From: Phoronis australis | Lineage: Eukaryota; Animalia; Phoronida | DNA length: 64,000 bases | Direction of reading: 5' to 3' | Assembly: GCA_002633005.1 (NCBI GenBank) | Contig: NMRA01000042.1 | Location: 890,388 to 954,387 of the forward strand | Part shown: positions 1 through 12,118 of the stretch, piece by piece | Layout: every line of letters starts with the position of its first letter | How positions within the stretch are numbered: the stretch's first letter is position 1 | Notes under the pieces: generated by a model | What the model saw: the letters and a program-made list of their open reading frames with translations, nothing else | Databases searched by the model: none | Told to the model about the DNA's origin: nothing | Position numbers and translations under genes: made by a program

Positions 1-271
1 TTTAGCAGACGTTGAAACAAGTTTTCATATTTTGCTCCAAACTTTTGAGGGTTGTGGAAGGTTACACATCATTATTTCGTTTCAGAGAACTGCCTGGGAA
101 AGTTTGTTAATGTTTGTTAATACGCCAAAACCGAGTTTGGCAACCATTTAAGAGAAGTCAATACTTCTATGTGAAAAACGCTGGAAGGAATACTTGTCTG
201 AAGTGACTGATGTTCCATTAAACCTTTGAGACATCGAACAACAGTAAGAATGTGTATTGCATAAAGACAAG

Positions 272-522
272 GGGCCTGTTCCAAGAAACTGACTTAAGTT
301 CATTTTTTACTTAAATTTAAGATTTGTCTGAACTTCCAGACTTTGAAACTTCCACATTCGGTAAGTTAGTCAAAATTAAGAAAAATTTATGTTAAACACT
401 TAAGTCAAACTTAAGATCTCTTTCTTGAATTAGTTTTGAGACAAATTTAACTTTTATTTTAAAATTTACTCAACTTTAAGATTTGTCTTAGCTACTGAAG
501 TCAGTTTCGTTGGAACGGGCCC
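272..522. mobile_element. PIF/Harbinger-like MITE
   Basis: TIRs GGGCCTGTTCCAA-GAAACTGACTT and AAGTCAGTTTCGTTGGAACGGGCCC; AAG directly flanks both ends (3-bp TSD); internal CTTAAG-rich subrepeats. Confidence 0.75.
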
Positions 523-1306
523 AAGGTCTAAAGAAATTGGCAGCAATGCAGAATCAAACCCACTAACTCTGCATTAACAGTGGACCACCCTACCCAGTGT
601 TCTCCACAAAAGAAAATTCAAACTCTACTGAAATTACAAAATTCAAGAATACGTTTAGAAGTCCATGTTCACGCTGTGGGTAGTTTGTGTGTTGTCTTAG
701 CATTGAACTGTTACTGAAAATCCACACTGTCCTAATTTGCTTAAAAATAACTAATCTCTAATACTTTGAACTTATTTGCATAGATTTCAACTCGACGCAA
801 GTAAGCCAAACTCGCCACAACAAAAGCCAAACTCAACGCAGTGACAAGTCAAAGCAGCTTGTAGAGAGCACTGCTACCACTAAGCCCAATCCCACTCCAA
901 GAGTTAAATACCAGAGTAATTTAAACGTATCTAAATGGTAAAGACATCAGCTTTAATTTTAGCGTATGTCTGGAAGACAATGAGAGCATTGACGACCACA
1001 AAAAGACAACAGATTTTGTTGTTTTATACTTCTGGTCAAAGCTAACAACTGCAAGAAGTCTATTCATTGAATAGTCATCCGAAGTATGTTTTTTTTTTGG
1101 TTGCAAAAATGACAATATCCCTTTAGTTTCTTGATGATTACAATTGACCAGCTTACAATCAACAGGGGTCATTGGAGTCTGGTGCTGTGGTGCATCCCAC
1201 TTTTTTACACCCAGAGCTCCAAGTTGTCAGTTACCATTTTGACAAATGAGAAAAAACCTGATCCAACACAAGCCCCTCCCCCTCCCATCTTGCACTGCTA
1301 TCTTAC

Positions 1307-1405
1307 CTAGATGGTATGCCTCAGATGACCCTCCACATGCTGCCTTTACCTCCATGCTGTCCCAACCATTGGGATAAAGTACACAGCCTGCACCAATCAG
1401 TAGTC
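1307..1405 (-). CDS. LHFPL6: LHFPL tetraspan subfamily member 6, second coding exon (99 nt, phase 1-1)
   Basis: Encodes (G)LLIGAGCVLYPNGWDSMEVKAACGGSSEAYHL(G), close to recalled vertebrate LHFP [25 protein letters not shown]. Acceptor tacAG at 1406-1407, donor GTAAG at 1306. Phase matches the upstream exon. Final exon not found in the window. Confidence 0.92.
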
Positions 1406-2256
1406 CTGTAACAACATGTATACTGACTGAACCAATCAATTGACTTGTAACAAAATGTTGGACAGGCCTCTTTTGCTGTTAATTGTACAGTACAAGTAAA
1501 GCTATACATGAGAGCATTTTAAATTGCAACAACCAAAAGAATCCCATTATTTGCAAACTCTTGTATTCCTAACTTATTGACACACCTGCTAGATCCTATT
1601 GCAATTCGGTTCTGTATCTCTTAATCACAAAGATTGCAGCTGCAAAGTTAGAATGCCCGGCTGTTCAGAAAGTAGGGAACATCTGCAGAGAAATTACCCT
1701 TTCACAGGGGTTTAATCCAGAAATACTCCACCCTTGAGTTAATTCCATGAACCTAAACCTTTTGAAGGAATGCTTGGATAGTTGGATTCTCAAACCATGA
1801 GCTTGAAACAATACAAAAAAATATGCTGTGTTTTCAAGAAATGAGAATATCTATTACAACAAATTTTAAAAATATAGGAAACAGTAAAAATCTATGTAGC
1901 TTTGAGTGTTAGGAGAAGGAACCTTTTGTAGATTTTCAAATTCACAAAGTTACGTAATCCTTTCCTAGGGAAACATGGCTTGTGAGCAGCACACTCCACA
2001 TACACTTTCTAGGGGAATACACTTTTTCGAAGGACAGCTCACCTCAAGATTTGAAAATGGTAAACAAAAATAGAAGTATGCAATACAGTATTGGATGTTA
2101 CATCGGCAAACTAACTGAGCAAACAAGGCAATCAAAACTAAATGATTCAAAATCAGCCTGAACTGGAATCCACGAGTTCCAGAAAAGTAATCATACAACC
2201 AACATATTTGATACAATATGATAGTTGCAGATCTGATGTCACTTTGAACCTAGGCT

Positions 2257-2625
2257 ATAGCTGTGTTAAGACCAATTAAACCCAGTTGCAGCTCTTTCTG
2301 TCGTAACTGTAATGTAATCTTTACTGTTCAAACCACGGTTCAAAATCTGGTGTAACTCTAGTTTGTGACAAGTCATCAGTGCTGTCATTTTCCAATTCAC
2401 ACCAGTTAGTGCCATGGTATGCCATTGTTTCTAATAAGATTTGACAGCAGTACCAGTACCACCACTTAAGTTTAAACTTTTGCTAACTGCTGTATTTACA
2501 ACAGTTATATCTTCTTAAACCAGCCTCACTTCTAAAACTGCTTTTGAATTCTTCAGACCAAGAGAGTTGTAACCTTTTAATACTAGGTTTTAAAAGTTAT
2601 AACCACTTTGGTCTGAACAGGGTAT
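2257..2625. mobile_element. Degenerate MITE
   Basis: Imperfect terminal inverted match TGTTAAGACCAA ... TTGGTCTGAACAG. Confidence 0.4.
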
Positions 2626-4463
2626 ATTGCTTTCCTAATTTATTTTATTGTAGCACTTTCAAACTACAGTGTTGCATAATGAAAGGCTCTTAATAGGTCT
2701 ATAAAATTTAGAGCAAATGGGACTGGATGATCAGATGTAATTCAGCCACCAGCCAATGGGTGTCATCTGAGTGCAGTTTATGTTTGTACAACCTTTTGGT
2801 GATGTAAGGTATTTTATGATGAGAGGGAATTTGTTTATTTTGGCTTAAATTGTATAACTACACATCTCTCATACAAACCCAATAGGGCAAATCGAGTAGA
2901 GGAGTTGAGGAAAGAAAGAACTGGTTTAGTTCATAGATGGTTAATATTCCAACCAACTGAAAGTCTGGACTTGACCCCGGGTCAATGGAATGTGATGCAG
3001 TCTGGTCAGTTGTGATGACATGGCCCAAGGAAAACAAATGATAAATGCTAATATTCATACTGATAGTCAGGCCTCAAAGCTTGCAGCAAAGAATCCTGTT
3101 TAGAAAGTCAATAATGACACAAGAAACTAACTTTCAAGTCCTAATTTTACCAAATGAATGACTGTCTAACCTGGTTACAATGTACAAATTCCTAAGGTCC
3201 TTTGACGTGTGACATAATGAAGCTTGACTGTATTGTTGTAACTTATTTCCTGAAAACATTCATCCTCAAACAGGACTGAGATGATATACTGCATTTTGAA
3301 ATACATTTACCTAAAACCAAAAGAAATATCTAAAACTAGTGAGAAACTGGGAACACTCAAGAGTATTTTGAATGGTGTAAGTCCACTAACTACGAACGAT
3401 GTCCATTATTGGCTGATCCCCCACGGAATTTCAAAAAATTCAATCTCAATTATAACTCCCAGTTGGCATTACATAAAACTAATACAGTAGCTCCTAAGTG
3501 TTTTCTTGAACTCCACCATGTGGTGAAATTATCACAACCTCACACTGAGTAACAAGAACTGTTGATAACCAGTGACCAGGATAAACACATAATTTAATTT
3601 ATCAAATGCTTTCAACAGTCCACAGCTGACAAGCCTATCTCATCCCACAATCTAGAGACTCTGAAAGCTGAGAATGACCACATTGTGCTGCCCACCATTT
3701 GTTGATGTGTGCACAGAATGAGACCCCCTGGTTGTGTGTTTGTATTTGGGTAAGGTTTCTCAAGTGTGTAATCACTGTGTTGATAGTACAGATTGAAGAG
3801 AGCTGACAAGCACACTGATGGTAACAGTAGTTTGCCTGTGTGGCACCATGTAATTATAGTTTCTGTATGCAGGACAAACTTTCTTTGGCACTGAATTTGA
3901 ACAGGAAGCTACCTCTTGATTATGACAAGTAGGAGCCTAGGAAAATGTCCAAATCTGACTAACATCAGAAAATCTTATCTCGGAAATGGTAGATGGATTT
4001 CACACAACACTTTCAAATATTGTTATATGCACTGTCATCTAAGTGCTGCTAAGAATTTAAAATGGTCCACTTTTACAGAAAGAGAGAAAAAATAGGCTTT
4101 TTATGAAATTACATAAACAAATGCAAAATGATAACTTATAAAATACTTATATCAAATTAAATTTGTTCATGTTATTGATATCGTTGTTTTGCAGTGAAAG
4201 TGCGTTTTAGCTGAATTTTGCTACAAAAGACATTGCCATATGACCCAAGTGATAGCAACCTTCAAAAACATGTACTTTTACTTAGTTCACCTTGATTAGA
4301 TCACGCACAAACTATCTTAAATGAGTTACCAAATCATTGAGAATCATTATACCACTTTGCTGGTTTCCATCAAAATGAACTTGCATTTTTAACTTCGACC
4401 TACGGCTAAACTTAACCCTTCTTATGCTCCCCAACACAACAGGTCCACAGAAAAAAGTGACTG

Positions 4464-4521
4464 CATTTTGAGAACCATTTTCCCCCACTGAATTACAAGC
4501 ATCAAACAGGTTCTCAAAATG
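4464..4521. mobile_element. Core of the ~100-bp palindromic MITE (family B)
   Basis: CATTTTGAGAACC ... GGTTCTCAAAATG, shared with copies at 8658, 27439, 41857, 57036, 59364. Confidence 0.65.
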
Positions 4522-4522
4522 T

Positions 4523-4590
4523 CATGGGCAGCGCAGCACTGAAATAAGTGGGGGCTATAACCCTCAGCCCCTTATGGTGTGCTGCCTATG
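4523..4590. repeat. Short GC-rich interspersed repeat (family E)
   Basis: CATGGGCAGCGCAGCACTGAAATAAGTGGGGGCT...; reverse copy at ~31867-31942, weaker copy at ~61543. Confidence 0.55.
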
Positions 4591-5720
4591 GATGTAGGCA
4601 TGTTATATTCAACAATTACTTAGTAACTAAATAACACGTGCCAAAATCAAGTGTTTGTATGTAGACTATGAATAAATTCCATGAATAAGGTAATGATACA
4701 ACAAAAAAACACAAAAATTTTGAATTCTAAGAATTTTCAAAAATATATTTTTGCAGTTGGTCAGTGCATAATAAAGAGGCACAGTGTACATGACATTTAG
4801 GCTGGTGATGACAGTACTCAAAAATGCAAAGTACTTAATTCATACAAATAGCAGATTTTCTGGTTGGGGGTACGGTACAGCCTGGCATCCTGTGGGGTCA
4901 AGGCAATGTGACCCCTACAGCCATTCTTAATCTTATTTGATAAGTTAACCTAAATAAAACATAGCTGTCAGCAATTTAAATGAGTACTTCCACCTGGAAT
5001 AAACTTATCATAATCAGACCCATTTCATTAAGATATGTGCCTGCAAAACTGTTAGGCTTGGTGTCAATACCACCATTATGAGTATTGAAAGCTGGCTTGT
5101 CCAAGCCAGACTGTGTTATAACACAAGAGTGAGCATGAGCACTAATTCATCTGAATAGACTGGTTACACCTAGCACAACACAAATGTTCATGCCCAATAA
5201 ATTGTGGTTAATTTGGCCAATAGATTGTGACATAACATTTGCAAATAGCAGAAATCTATTGCTAGTCTTTTGTTATTACTCAACTGATCACCTGTGTAAA
5301 TGTTTGGAGGGCCTTAACTATTAACCATGTTAAACCAAAATTATTAGCCACCCATGTCAAAGCTGCCAACTTAAAAGGGGTCACCACTGATTTGCAGACG
5401 TTTGCTTATCAGAAAAAGCTTCAGTTGTATCAGGCTTGCACATAAACACAACAAATGAGTTACCACCAAATTGAAGGATATTGGCTTCTTGTTGGCTACA
5501 CGTGCAGTGAATTTATCTAAGTGCCGTCCACACTACAAGTTATGCCATCCACACTACAAGTTATCCCAGTACCAGTTATTCCTCCAACGAGCTGACACTA
5601 GCTTTAGTAGCAGTGTGGATGCTGTTTTGCACTTTGGCAACTTGACACAGTTGTTAACATACTCAACCTTAGTTAGGAAAACTCAATCTAGAATAATTTG
5701 CCCTGTTGCATTCAGTCCAT

Positions 5721-5830
5721 AGGCGGACCAAGGGGGGTCAAGGAGGAACGGACCCTCCTGTTTCCCCTCTCCCCTCCATTTTATCGATATCAAATCTACA
5801 CCCCTTTTAAAACATCCTGGATCTGCCCCT
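5721..5830. mobile_element. Short GC-rich hAT-like MITE
   Basis: Ends GGCGGACCAAGG ... CCTGGATCTGCC, related to the terminus of the 23589 element. Confidence 0.5.
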
Positions 5831-6942
5831 AAAGTCATAACGTGGATGTAAACTTTAAGACAAGGAAGAAGTAATTTGAAGCTATGCCATAACAGTATAC
5901 ATGAGTGTCCAATTCTGTTAGTGTCAGCTAGGACTATAATGAACTCCCAGGTGTCAGCTAGTTGTGGCAAGGAGTAGGGTGTGTAGTGTGAACAATCCGC
6001 TGAAGGAGGGCAAGTTGTACTAGGGTATGTTGTTCAATGAACAGGTCTTAAATATCGAGACTTAGACAACAACACAGCCCAGAGGGGGGAAATGGTCCAT
6101 AAGTCATGTTGGTTTGCCGCATCAACACTAAAGCATTTGTTTTGTCAAAAACCATACCATAGCACCAAAACACAGTCCGACCTGTGACTTATTGAAGACA
6201 AATTGCCCTGGTCATGTACTCAGTGACACATAACAATATGTCAATCTTTTCACTTCCAGCTCATTGAAACTGACAAATAAGACTATAATAACAGGATTCA
6301 TAAAGGTTATCTGACCATAATTCCAGGGTTTTGTTATTCAGTATCAGTTTGCCAGCCTCCAAGTTATTTATCTTCTTAGAATTATCAGTAACCAGGAGAA
6401 AAGACTTGATACTCTTACAGTGCCTACTACCATAATCTCTTATTATTGCACCCAGGTTTCCCTTCCCTAGATGCAAGTCACTTGAGAGAAAGAAGCCTAA
6501 GTGAGACCACGTCTTGCTTCCAATGCATCACAAGGGTTTGCAGACTTGCATGATCTTGCATTTTCACTAGTTACTTGCATCTACAGCACGCAGCCTAGCT
6601 CTCTCGTCCTGGGGGGTACTCTCATTGTAGGTACATGAGGGGAGTGCTACTCAGGTTGGTATCCTAAAATGGCAGCCTTTTCTAACAGAATTTTACACAG
6701 AAGAGATCAATTCGGGCCTTACTGAAACAATAGTGTGATGTTACTGAAACAAAACTCCACGTAATGATGACTTTCAAGGAAGTTGCTTATAACTGGGTCC
6801 ATTTTTCCATGTCAACTCTTTTATGAAATTTAACACCTGTACACTCAAAACATCCGATGTCCCCCAGGTTTGCATAACCCCCGACTTCCACAGGAGGGTG
6901 TGCCTCCATGATGTCAGAATGTAAGACACATTTCAGCAACTA

Positions 6943-7356
6943 TAGTTCCGTTTAGACATCAACTTTGGCCTGGCGCAACTGACACGGAGCAAACTGACCC
7001 GTATCAAGCGGCCATTTACCCACACAACTTACTAACCGTGGCAAGATGAAAATTACAGGTTGGAGAGACTGGGTCGCACATGCGCAGGTTTACAAATGCA
7101 GAGACAAAGAACCCATATGAAGGTCATTACACAAGTGCAGTAGAGATGATCCTTTCCGCCTTGCTCCAGTTTCGCGTTTAGACTTATAATTGACACGGCG
7201 CAAGATGTTCGGGCGCAAATTGCTCCACCTCACAAACGGGTGGCAAAAATTTGTCACCGCGGTGTCAATTTGCTCCATATCAATCCGTTTACATACTGGA
7301 ACAACTTGTTCCATGTCAGCTCATCCGTGTCAACTTTGTAAGTGTAAGTGGCACTT
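6943..7356. mobile_element. Degenerate CpG-rich MITE (Harbinger-like)
   Basis: Imperfect TIRs AGTTCCGTTTAGAC / GTGTAAGTGGCACT; internal TGACACGG motif in both orientations. Confidence 0.45.
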
Positions 7357-8657
7357 ACGAAGAAAAAGACTCTCTTCGAAGCTCTTGAAATATCCAACCA
7401 TTTTGCAATTAATAACTGACTTTTTAATACCTGACACAAAAAGTCTTGCATTTCAATACTTTACAGATAAAACAGCCCATAAGGAATCCTCGTTGAGAAA
7501 AAAATGAAATACAGCACTTATTTTGAAGACAAGCTTACAAGAACAATTCGAAACTGCTACGGTCTGATTGAATTAGACAAAAATAGATGCAAAACCAGAG
7601 GAAATGTTAGCTATTTCAATACCAAAAATTGCCAAACACCCTGATCATTTTAGCAGCATATGCACAGCCAGCCATACCATGCCAGAACCCCCCCCCCAAA
7701 TTTGCTTTTTTAGGTGTACTATGCAGTCTTGTGTAAATGAATTAATAAAAGCAACATTTACAGGCAAGAGAATGAGTGCAGACTCCAATATCCGCCCACC
7801 TTTAAGGTCTATTCTGGTGCTAAGGGCGAACTTTTGACGCCATGATAATTAGGTCTAATTACAACAAATTGAAAGTGAATGGTTGTTTTGACTCTGTCAC
7901 AGCCAATGAAAGTCAGGTTTGCATGACATCAGTGTTATTGGAAATGTGCTAGATTAGGAAAAGGAGTCTCTAGCAAAATGCAAAATTAGAGTGTAGGATT
8001 TTAGAAATGTTGTATGACTAAAAAATTGTTCACACATCACAATAACTTTACGAGCCATTGCAAGACTGAGAGATATGCATCTCTAATGCAAATGAGCTCA
8101 ACTCATAGCTCACATTTGCCGCAAAATGAAACGTGAGGATTTTGCCTTATGAGGGCGTATGGTGAATATCTCACTTCTTGAATTTCTTAAACCTAGCGAC
8201 CATAAATCATTATAGGCGAGCCAGTTATATGGGTACCCAATGAAAATTAATTATTGTATGGCCTGGCCATTACTCGTTATAGCCCTGTACATTGCATTTA
8301 CACTGATTATATTAAGATTGTATTTTACAGGTCATTAACCATTTTGCACCAATGCCTGTGGGTAACCCACACCAAGTTATGAGCTGAGGAACAGTTTGAA
8401 GCAATCTGTCTGCAGAGAACCCACGGCACACCATTTCTTTTTACGCGAACACTTAGGTTTTTATCAGGTGTTTGAAGTACGTAAACCTTGCCCGTGAAAA
8501 ATACCCCTAAGGGCTCCAATGAATGAAATATAAAAGGCGATATCGGCTCCACTATTGGGACAAAAAGGTGCCTGTGTACGTGCCACTAACAGAAGTGAGG
8601 TCATTCACGAAAAGTTTCCCACTAAATATAATTTTTCCGATTATGTTCAGGGCAAAA

Positions 8658-8756
8658 GTCACAAGCAGGGGTCCCAGATTTTGAGAACCAGTTTGACACG
8701 CGTTACTCCATCTGTGGAGAAACTGATTCTCAAAATGCAGGACTCCTATGAGTGAC
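8658..8756. mobile_element. ~100-bp palindromic MITE (family B)
   Basis: GTCAC..AGGGGTCCCAGATTTTGAGAACCAGTTT ... AAACTGATTCTCAAAATGCAGGACTCCT..GTGAC. Confidence 0.75.
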
Positions 8757-11014
8757 AATTACCATCTTCAGTAGCAAAGGTTCAATTCCAGAGTTAGAGC
8801 CAGGAGGACAATTGAAAAAATGCCTATAAGAAAGAGAAACACTGCATGAATATTACTGTCTTCTTTCACAGAGCTCCCCACAAATGGGTTCCTTTTCGTG
8901 TTCTGTGCCATGGTTACCGACATGCATTATTTTGAAAGATTGTGAGCATACACAAAGATCTATGAAGCACAGCTTAGGCATTTCTTTTTGTCTCAAATAG
9001 GTGAGATNCCCCCCCCCGCCCCCTACCCACTTATCATACAGCCATTGAAGAAAACTGATGATTGATATTTTGTAGTACCTATTCTTCAGCAGGCTGGGAT
9101 TACAAAGTGTTTTTCTGTCTGGTCACTTCAACACATCCATTTGTGGTTACTGTGGTTTGCATGTCATTTGATATCCATTAATCCAATATCCTCTTTTATT
9201 TGCACTGGGGATCAACCAGATTTGCGGTTTTAAAACACAATGAGAAGCTCAGATACATTCTGTTCTGAACAGGTTAGGACTTCCGTTCTATCTGGTTTTT
9301 CTCGGTAATTTGGGAATAATTCATACAAGTTCAGACCAGGTGGTTGTAATAAAAATCGGTATAAAAACTCGCTTGCAAAACACATTCCGTAATATAAGTT
9401 TGAACAAGCAAGACAAATCTTTATATCAGACCATGACATCAATTATTCAAGACCAACTGCCCAGGAATTTGAAATAAATGGGAATAATCAATCACTTAAA
9501 CAAAGAATGTCTAAAATTCTGGAAGTGAAAAAGAGTCATTGTCACACATAAAAACATTTGTTCCAAAAGGTTCTAAATGTACGTTTTGTTGTAAGCATTG
9601 TGGAGTAAGATGTCTCAATTTTGAATAGCTTTTGCTTTAAGACAGCAAATAAAGTGGGCATTCATTTTCTAAAGAGGAGAGTGTCTACAAAATTTTTCAT
9701 TATTTTACAAACCATAACATTTCGGGTCAAAGAATCTCCAGTACAGTAAACTGAAAAATTCCTTATTTTGCATTAGGTGGAGCTTGTACCAAATTTTTGA
9801 CAATACTGTCAGTCCGAAAATTCAACAATTACAATCAACAACAAGCCACCATTCACAACCACACTTTTGGGACACATGAAAATGTTGCATTGGCAGTTAT
9901 TTTCAACAATCTAACGAACTGCCAATGAAGATTATTTTCAGACTTTCGTGATATAAAACACAGCTCACAGAATTTGAAAAACATGATAAATGCCAAAATT
10001 AATCCATGTCTCAATCTTCAGGATTGAGAAAATTCAATTTCAGCTTTAATTTCACCATCCAAATTTTAGAAACCATTTCAAATAGAATTTTTACCACATA
10101 ATATGGCCCAAGATTTATTCTCATTTGTTTTTTAAATTACAGCATGTACGTACTTTTTCAATGACCAAAATTATAGAATTTTCACACTGACTATGACGCA
10201 CAAACAAAATTCAATTAATCACATTGAATATTGTATCAATTAAGGTGTTATTTTATTGGTTCAACCCCTACCACCACTCCACTTTTTGCTAATTACCTAG
10301 TCGGTGCTTGACCTAGAGAAATTAGAGCTGACCCCTATCTCTGATTTATGCAAGCCATGTACCACAGTCATTCAATTTAGAATCTGATGGCAACCAGCTT
10401 TGGCAAGTCTGAAGAGTGACTTCAATACAGCAAGTTTCCAGACTAAGAAAAACAAAATTACACAAAGCATTAAGTGGATTCATCTGCTGTTAATCAGGTA
10501 TCATAATAAAATAAGTTGTAAAACTCTACGTATTTTCAGAGTCAGTGCTTACTGCTGAGGTTTTGCATTATGTACAATTTGCAACTTTTCAGTTTTGTCC
10601 AAGGCTTTCTTATCTAAAATAATAAATTCTCGAAAGAGTTTTCAATAATAAGTTCTGTGGTATGCACAAAATCGTAACATTTTTAAAATAATGAAAGGGC
10701 ACAAAATAAACATAATATTCAGGAACAATTAACTATAAAGATCCAGAAATCATTTCAAGCTCTAGAAGCCAAGCCCATTTTACGATCAGGTAAGAGTATC
10801 CAAGAAAACTTATTCCCGGACATTGCAAACAAATGTTCTCGAGGTCTAACACCTCAGGTGCCTGTCTTTCAAATCTTGGTTGAGAGGTTTATGGTTGAAA
10901 TTCAGACAACGTAACACCAGAGCTTTCTGGAAAACGGGTGATGAACACCAAAACAAATTATACATCCCAGTAATAATATGAGTAAAGTCCCAGAAAACGC
11001 TTTTGCATTCTATC

Positions 11015-11193
11015 CACATTTCTCATTCATTCTCTTATATACATTCACTACTAGGACCGAGCTCAGAGGAGTAGGAGACACTTGTGCAACGCTTGATTGC
11101 GGGCCAGTAAAGCCAGGATTCGAACCTGGGTCTCCCAAACGGGAGTCCGTAGCTAACACAGTCTCTTCAACATACCCCATTGACCACCAACTC
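11015..11193 (-). mobile_element. tRNA-derived SINE-like element
   Basis: Perfect B box GGTTCGAATCC (11116-11126, minus) in a CCAGG/CCTGG T-stem; A-box-like TGGTCAATGG (11177-11186); GAATGAATGA tail; no complete cloverleaf. Confidence 0.6.
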
Positions 11194-11920
11194 AAACAGT
11201 TGCCAGCACTTACCTTACCAAGCCCATCCATACAACTACAGTCTACACCCTGGCAACAGGTTTTTCTTATATTTTTCTCTAATTACATACGTTATAGCTA
11301 GACACTACAGCAATGTTAGAATACAGTAAGACAAAACTAATGCCAAGACAAAATATCGCTTCCCCATGAAATTGCGGAATGGCTTAGCCACTTTATGAAC
11401 TATCCCCTTCATGAATTTGTTTCCCACCCAGCTGACATCACAGAGAATTCCACGTAGGTTTGTCTGAATACTTTTGGCATTTATTGTATATCACAGAGAA
11501 GGAAACTTAAAATTTCCTTGATCTCCCACTGATAACACCTCAGCAGTTTTTTTTTTGTTATGGATACTACAGGCAGTAGCTGTGAAGAATGTCTAACCAT
11601 CACATGAGATATGGTAGAGCTTAGTTTAATGTGAGTCACTATCTTTAGTGGTCCATTTTACTGATAGCAAAACAAATGTTGAGGCAACCACACATGTAAT
11701 GGAGATAAATGGTGCAATCTAAGTCACTCCTGATACAAAGAAGAAAAAGTGCTCCATAGAATTCAAGAAATCACGAGATTTCATCTACCCTGTTGCTGTC
11801 ATTTTTCAAATGCATTATAGGGCAATTGTTGGCTCATTAAACATTGGTGACATCACAAATAACTTTTAGACATCTAACCTCATTCGTAATTTGCATTTTA
11901 GGTGGTGAGATTTGAGTTCA

Positions 11921-12118
11921 GCGTGAATGGAAGGTGCATGCCACGAGAGCGTGAATGGAAGGCGCATATGCCATGAGAGTGTGAATGGAAGGCACATGCC
12001 GTGAGAGCGTGCATGGAAGGCGCATGCCATGAGAGCGTGAATGGAAGGTGCATGCCATGAGAGCATGAATGGAAGGTGCATGCCATGAGAGCGTGAATGG
12101 AAGGCGCATGACACGAGA
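11921..12118. repeat. 28-bp minisatellite, about 7 copies
   Basis: Unit GAGAGCGTGAATGGAAGGYGCATGCCAT, head-to-tail with no spacers. Confidence 0.95.

Noticed and set aside
1-1300. Final LHFPL6 coding exon
   Set aside because: No C.IGWAY-like reading found on the minus strand; presumed to lie outside the window.
7090-7507. Overlapping ORFs of 65-105 aa
   Set aside because: They fall in a degenerate MITE and have no transposase or other domain motifs.
9001-9030. N at 9008 next to a C-run
   Set aside because: An assembly join or ambiguous base; I found no associated duplication.
11921-12118. Possible CRISPR array or repetitive ORFs
   Set aside because: The 28-bp units are contiguous with no unique spacers, there are no cas genes, and the context is a eukaryotic intron. 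The three overlapping ORFs are by-products of the repeat.
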